DNA of 54,273 nucleotides, filler included, from Dirinaria sp. TL-2023a (Eukaryota): NCBI GenBank assembly GCA_051941275.1. It is 3 parts of 3 records of this genome, joined end to end, with 100 filler letters (N's around TTAATTAATTAA, not from the genome) between each part and the next. Parts side by side here need not be neighbours in the genome. Positions count along the whole stretch, not along the records: positions 36,261 to 54,273 come from JAVEBF010000403.1; 2 more parts are not named here. One strand, 5' to 3'. Shown piece by piece: positions 48,846 to 54,273 of this stretch (position 1 is its first letter; each line of letters starts with the position of its first letter). The notes under the pieces were generated by a model. It saw only the letters and a program-made list of their open reading frames with translations, ran no database searches and was not told where the DNA came from. The position numbers and the translations under genes were made by a program.

Positions 48846-51800
48846 ATGGCAACCGTCCTTCCTCGACCATTAGCACCAAACTTGCCGATCACAAATCATG
48901 AGATTGCGGTGCCGTACGTAAATGGACATACCCGCGACGAGTCACCCAGACCCTCGCATAGATCTACCCATAGTGCATCATCTGGGGAGGGGCTCTCTAT
49001 GAGGGATGATGGGCGCGTCAGGACCCAAGTTCCTATGAGGAGGCGTACTCAGATCGAGCCGAACGGCGAATCGGATTCGAAGCAGGTTGCGACTCTGCAA
49101 CAGGCCGGCGCAAGACCCAGCGCTTACTTACAGAGATCTAATACGGATCATGGCCCTCAGGGACGATCGCCGCCACCGTCAGGGACCTCTCAAGCCGCAG
49201 AGGAGAATTGGGAGCTGCGGCATGGTTGGGAAGATCAGTACAACTCGAGTGAGTACCTGGGTCTTTTGAGCTCGGTATGGCCCCAACTTGCAGCTTCTCT
49301 GCTCAGAATTAACATTTATGGCAGGCCTTTTACATGTACTTTACAGATAAGCGCCATGAAACTGGAGGCAAACCCAAAGACGAAGACCACAAGCATCCAC
49401 CAGTGGACTGGCGCATGAAGGACCGTCTGAAGACCGTATCTGCAGCTCTTGCAATCTGTCTCAACATTGGTGTGGATCCGCCCGATGTTGTCAAGACAGA
49501 TCCTGCGGCCAAGATGGAGTGTTGGCTGGATCCTACTGCGACCACTGCTGCCAGCTCAAAGGTACTGGAGCAGATCGGGAAAAAATTGAACGAGCAGTAT
49601 GAGACGTTGAGTATACGCGTCCGCTATAAGCTCTACCTGGATCCGTCGTTAGAGGAGACTAGGCGATTCTGTACCTCGCTGCGTCGGAACGCGAAGGATG
49701 AACGAGTCCTCTTCCATTACAACGGCCATGGCGTCCCGTTACCGACTCCATCCGGGGAGATCTGGGTATTCAATCGCAATTATACTCAGTACATTCCGGT
49801 GTCACTTTATGATCTCCAGGGTTGGCTTGGTGCACCAAGTCTATACGTCTACGATTGCTCCCATGCGGGAAACATCATCGCGAATTTCGATCGCTTCGTG
49901 GAAAAGCACGAAGTCGAAAATGCAGAAGCAAGGCAGCAAGATCCCAATGCGCAACTGCAGCAGTATACGGACAACATCCACTTGGCGGCGTGCGGGAAGG
50001 GCGAATCTCTACCAACGAATCCGGACCTTCCTGCGGACCTCTTTACCTGCTGTCTCACTACACCCATTGAGATTTCTTTACGGTACTTTGTGCTCCAGAA
50101 CCAGTTGCCGAGCGATTTGACGCCAAAAGACGTGGTCAAAATTCCAGGCAAATTACAAGAGAGGAGAAGCCCACTTGGAGAGCTCAATTGGATCTTTACT
50201 GCGGTTACCGACACCATCGCATGGAACACCTTACCACGTGACATTTTTCGAAAGCTATTCCGCCAGGACCTTATGGTCGCTGCCCTCTTCCGCAACTTCC
50301 TTCTCAGTCAGCGGATCATGAGAACCTATGGGTGCCATCCAATCTCCGTGCCTGCCATGGCAGAAACCCACGATCATCCTATGTGGGAGTCTTGGGATCT
50401 GGCTATGGAGATGGTATTGGCCCAGCTTCCGTCTATGATGGCTAGCGAAAACAACGGTCCACCCTACGAATATCAGCATTCAAACTTCTTTGCCGAGCAA
50501 CTGACAGCGTTTGAGGTGTACCTTGCACAGGGTGCTCCTGAACATGAAGCACCGGCGCAACTACCGATTGTCTTGCAGGTATTGCTGAGTCAAGTGCATC
50601 GATTACGTGCCTTGATCTTACTTAGCAGATTTCTCGATTTGGGGCCTTGGGCAGTCAATCTAGCTCTCCTGATCGGCATATTTCCTTATGTATGCAAATT
50701 ACTGCAATCCGCTGCTCACGAACTCAAACCGGTGATGATCTTCATCTGGGCCCGAATACTAGCCGTAGACGTCACTGGCCAGCAGGACTTGATCAAGGAA
50801 AATGCGTATCAATACTTCCTCAACATACTGAACCCTTCCTCGACTCTCCCTGTCGCCAACGGCAGTGAACATCGAGCCATGTCCGCCTTCATCATAGCCA
50901 TGTTCTGTTGCAATTTTCGCCAAGCCCAAGTTGTCTGCCTCTCGCCCGAGCTGATTAATCTTTGCATCGTCCACCTGAAAGATTCCGAGAACCAGCTCCT
51001 CCGTCAGTGGTCTTGTCTCCTAATCAGTATGCTCTGGAAAGACTTCCCGGAGGCCAAATGGGTCGGCATCAGAGTCTCTGTTCACCAGAGACTGTGTGAA
51101 ATGGGCCTGGATCCCGTTCCGGAAGTGAGAGCTGCGGCACTGCATGCGTTGACGAACTTTATCGGGATCCCAGATCTTACAGAGCAGGTCATACAGCACG
51201 AAGAGTCAATTGCTTCAGCAATAATGCCTATGACTGGAGATGGAAATAGTATGGTTAGGAAGGAGCTGCTAGTGTTCTTTTCGACATTCGTGCTAAGATA
51301 TCCCAACAAGTTTCTGGTTGCCGCATACGAGCAGCTGGTCGAAGAACGCGACAAGATTCTTGGTGGTGACCGACTTCCCCAGAGGCATCAACACAGACGC
51401 TCTCTCTCCAGTACCAGCGATGAGGAGCCAGTATCCCGGGACACCATCCAGGGAGGCATATGGAGGAACATTCTTGTATTGTCCGTCGACGCTCATCCAG
51501 AGATCGCTCAAGACGCAACCTGCATAGTCGACCATGTTCACGATTTATTGCTGAAGTCTGCTCTCGCTGGCCGAGCCCACGCGGTACTGGAAGAGATGGC
51601 TAGATCCTCTCGTAAGAACACGCCCAGCTCCCGACAATCATCGGTAGCACCCACATCCCGGACAGCGCAGGCTTCCGCATCACCAGCACCTCGAGCAGTA
51701 CCAAGGAATGAGAGTTATCTGTCCATAGGTATGAGACGTACAGCCAGCGTCGCAGCTGCTCTCAAACACTTTGCCATAGGCAATAGTGCTTCGAATATTT

Positions 51801-53412
51801 CATTGCATGGCCCTAATGGGACTACGACGCCTAACGGAGCGCCCCATCCCAACCTGCGGTCCCGTCTGCCAGCTGAATGGAGTCGTCCGCCGGTCGATGA
51901 CGACCGCATTTCCACTTCTGCACCCTATCATTCGGCCAAAGTGCCAGCCACCAGGGGGTTTAAGGAGCGCAAAGCAAACGAGTCTCCAAAGCTGCCGCTT
52001 GAGAGTGGATTTTTTGACTGGTCTATTGAAGTATGTCATTTGCTGCTTTGCATATCGCACTCTTTGCTGACTTTTATGGCTCCAGTATTTCCGGGAGCCA
52101 CAAATGCGCCCGAATGAGCAAGATGAGCCTGGTAGCGACGACTACAATGCGCGTCTGTGGCGTCGAGTCCGCAATGAAAAAACACTAGCTCTTACACAGC
52201 CTCTGAAGGGCGTCGCTGGCACTAGTCGCTGGGATGTACCCAACGGCTTTTTCAATAACGGTAGTCAGCCTTCGAGGATGTGCTTCCATCAATTCGAAGA
52301 TCATCTCATTGTAGCAGATGATCGGGATACCGTTTGGTGAGTCATTCAATAGCGTATCACTCTTCAAGAAAGCAAAAGCTGAACAAACACGTCCGCAGTG
52401 TTTGGAATTGGCAACAACCGCGCCGTCTGAACCGCTTCTCCAATGCCAATCCACCAGGCACACGTATCAGCGAAGCACGCTTTATCAACGAAGACGACCA
52501 AGCACTCCTCCTCACGGGGTCCTCGGACGGCGTTGTCCGTATCTTCCGAGATTACGATTCGGAAAACAACATCGAAGTGGTGAGCGCCTTTCGTGCGCTG
52601 AGTGATATGCTGCCAAGTAACAAGAACGCGGGAATGGTACTGGATTGGCAGCAGGGCCAGGGCAAGTTGTTGGTCGCCGGCGATGTCAAGGTTGTCAGGG
52701 TGTGGAATGCGGCAACGGAGATTTGTGTGACGGTGAGTTTAGCTACTCTACTGACCCTCGCACTCGGACTCTCTCATCTCTAAACGATGATAATAATAAT
52801 GATGGGCGTGTACAGGATATCCCCGCCCGCTCATCCTCTCCCATCACCTCGCTTACCTCAGATCAAGTCTCGTGCAACTTCTTTTGCACGGCCCATGGCG
52901 ATGGCGCCATCCGCCTCTTCGACACCCGCTTGCGTCCAGCCTTGGCCATGGTCAAATGCTGGCGATCGCACCAGCAATGGATCACCAATATCCACATGCA
53001 GCGCGGCGGCCTTCGCGAACTCATCTCCGGTTCACGTAACGGCGAGATCAAGCTCTGGGACATCCGCCTCGACCCCCCTCTCCGGGAAATCAACGCCTTC
53101 GCAAAGGGGAGAGATACCGCTGCTGGCGCTCCTGCTGGTGCTGGTGCTGGTGCTGGAGCAGCTGGGAAGGGCGATATCCTGCGGACCATGGCCGTGCACG
53201 AACACGCGCCTGTACTACTTGCCGGCACGGAAAAGAACGGCATCAACCTCTTCAACACGAACGGGACCTTTTTGAATTCCGTCGAACCGTATGGCGGCTT
53301 CCTGCACCGTGCTCCCGTCGCCAGCACGAGCTTCCATCCGCATCGTATGATGCTTGCCACTGCTGCTGCCGGGGGCAGCGGTGGCGTTAATCTGTTCACA
53401 TGTGGCAATTGA
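48846..53412 (+). CDS. kog1: TORC1 subunit Kog1/Raptor; introns 49275-49324, 52031-52085, 52337-52398, 52733-52815
   Basis: RNC domain (WRMKDRLKTVSAALAICLNIGVDPPD, FHYNGHGVP, PLGELNWIFTA), HEAT repeats (DPVPEVRAA) and C-terminal WD40 repeats. All introns are GT-AG and restore the frame. Confidence 0.96.
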
Positions 53413-54225
53413 TGACTTCTAATTTTATCTATCTCCCTCCAGATTCGTACTGCTTAATGGCTAAAACACTAATTAGCTTGGTCCGGGAACGCGTAGCACG
53501 TAGGGGGCATTTCCTTTCCCAAGCGGCATAGCGAGGCGGTCATATCATTTAGGGTTTTTCAATTGAATCTATTTCACTTTGGTTTTACTGACAATTGGTG
53601 GTGGCAAAGGCGGCTTTCCCTTTTTGCATGAATGGTGGCTAATGAGCGTCGATGTCTGTCTGTCTGCTTTGTTGTCGCACGCACAAGGAAGCGATTTTCA
53701 ATATCCAAAACAAGCAAACAGAGAGAGACACGTCCGCTGTTAAGATGCAGGTTCTTTGGATCCAGATCCTGAATCACTTTCAAACTATTTCTTTAGCCAT
53801 ATCAGTGTCTATCCATGCATGCATTCAACGGCCCACTCGTCTGATTCAATGAATCGCATGCACTCGTACCATAGAGGAATAAGGTATTATAAGGTTGTTT
53901 GATCATGCGACGAGTTCGTATTTGACGAACGGCAAGTGAACCGGAAAATAGAATTTTGATTCAGAACCTCTAGATTTGTATTAACTCGTGTGGGTTTTTA
54001 ATCTTGTTCGTCTTCTTCTTCACCGAGCTTTCGCGCTTTACATGCAGGCCCAAAATGAATAAGGAGGTGGTGGATGATGACAGACCGGTTTATGGTCTTG
54101 ACCTCGGATCTGAAGAGAAAGTTTCTACGTATCTATCTACGTGAGTGGGAATATGGCTATGGTATATGTATGGCGGTTCTTTCTTTCTTTCTTGTATCTT
54201 TGTGCGATCTCGATTTCTGTTTTAT

Positions 54226-54231
<6 letters not shown>

Positions 54232-54271
<40 letters not shown>
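54232..54271. repeat. Poly-T tract at contig end
   Basis: About 40 consecutive T. Confidence 0.9.
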
Positions 54272-54272
<1 letters not shown>

Positions 54273-54273
54273 T

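Overview
This is filamentous ascomycete (Pezizomycotina) genomic DNA with short GT-AG introns. It consists of three contigs (1-18032, 18133-36160, 36261-54273; 18032, 18028 and 18013 bp) joined by an artificial 100-nt spacer (N44-TTAATTAATTAA-N44), so adjacency across the spacers means nothing. Contig 1 carries housekeeping genes: ccr4, an SREBP-type bHLH factor, rex3, a DUF676 esterase and a flavin amine oxidase. Contig 3 carries a CorA-domain protein, a tea1/kel1 kelch protein and kog1/Raptor. Contig 2 is entirely accessory: a CYP52-like P450, a SAM methyltransferase, a Pth11-like membrane protein, a secreted alpha/beta hydrolase and an MIO-dependent aromatic ammonia-lyase. At its right end is the main find, which the ORF track misses: an intron-containing secreted precursor with 10 Kex2-delimited repeats, mostly (D/N)AKEDAIAYPDSY, arranged head-to-head with a DUF3328/UstYa oxidase. 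This is a candidate dikaritin-type fungal RiPP locus with a core (AIAYPDSY) that I do not recognise, and it may be cut off by the contig end.
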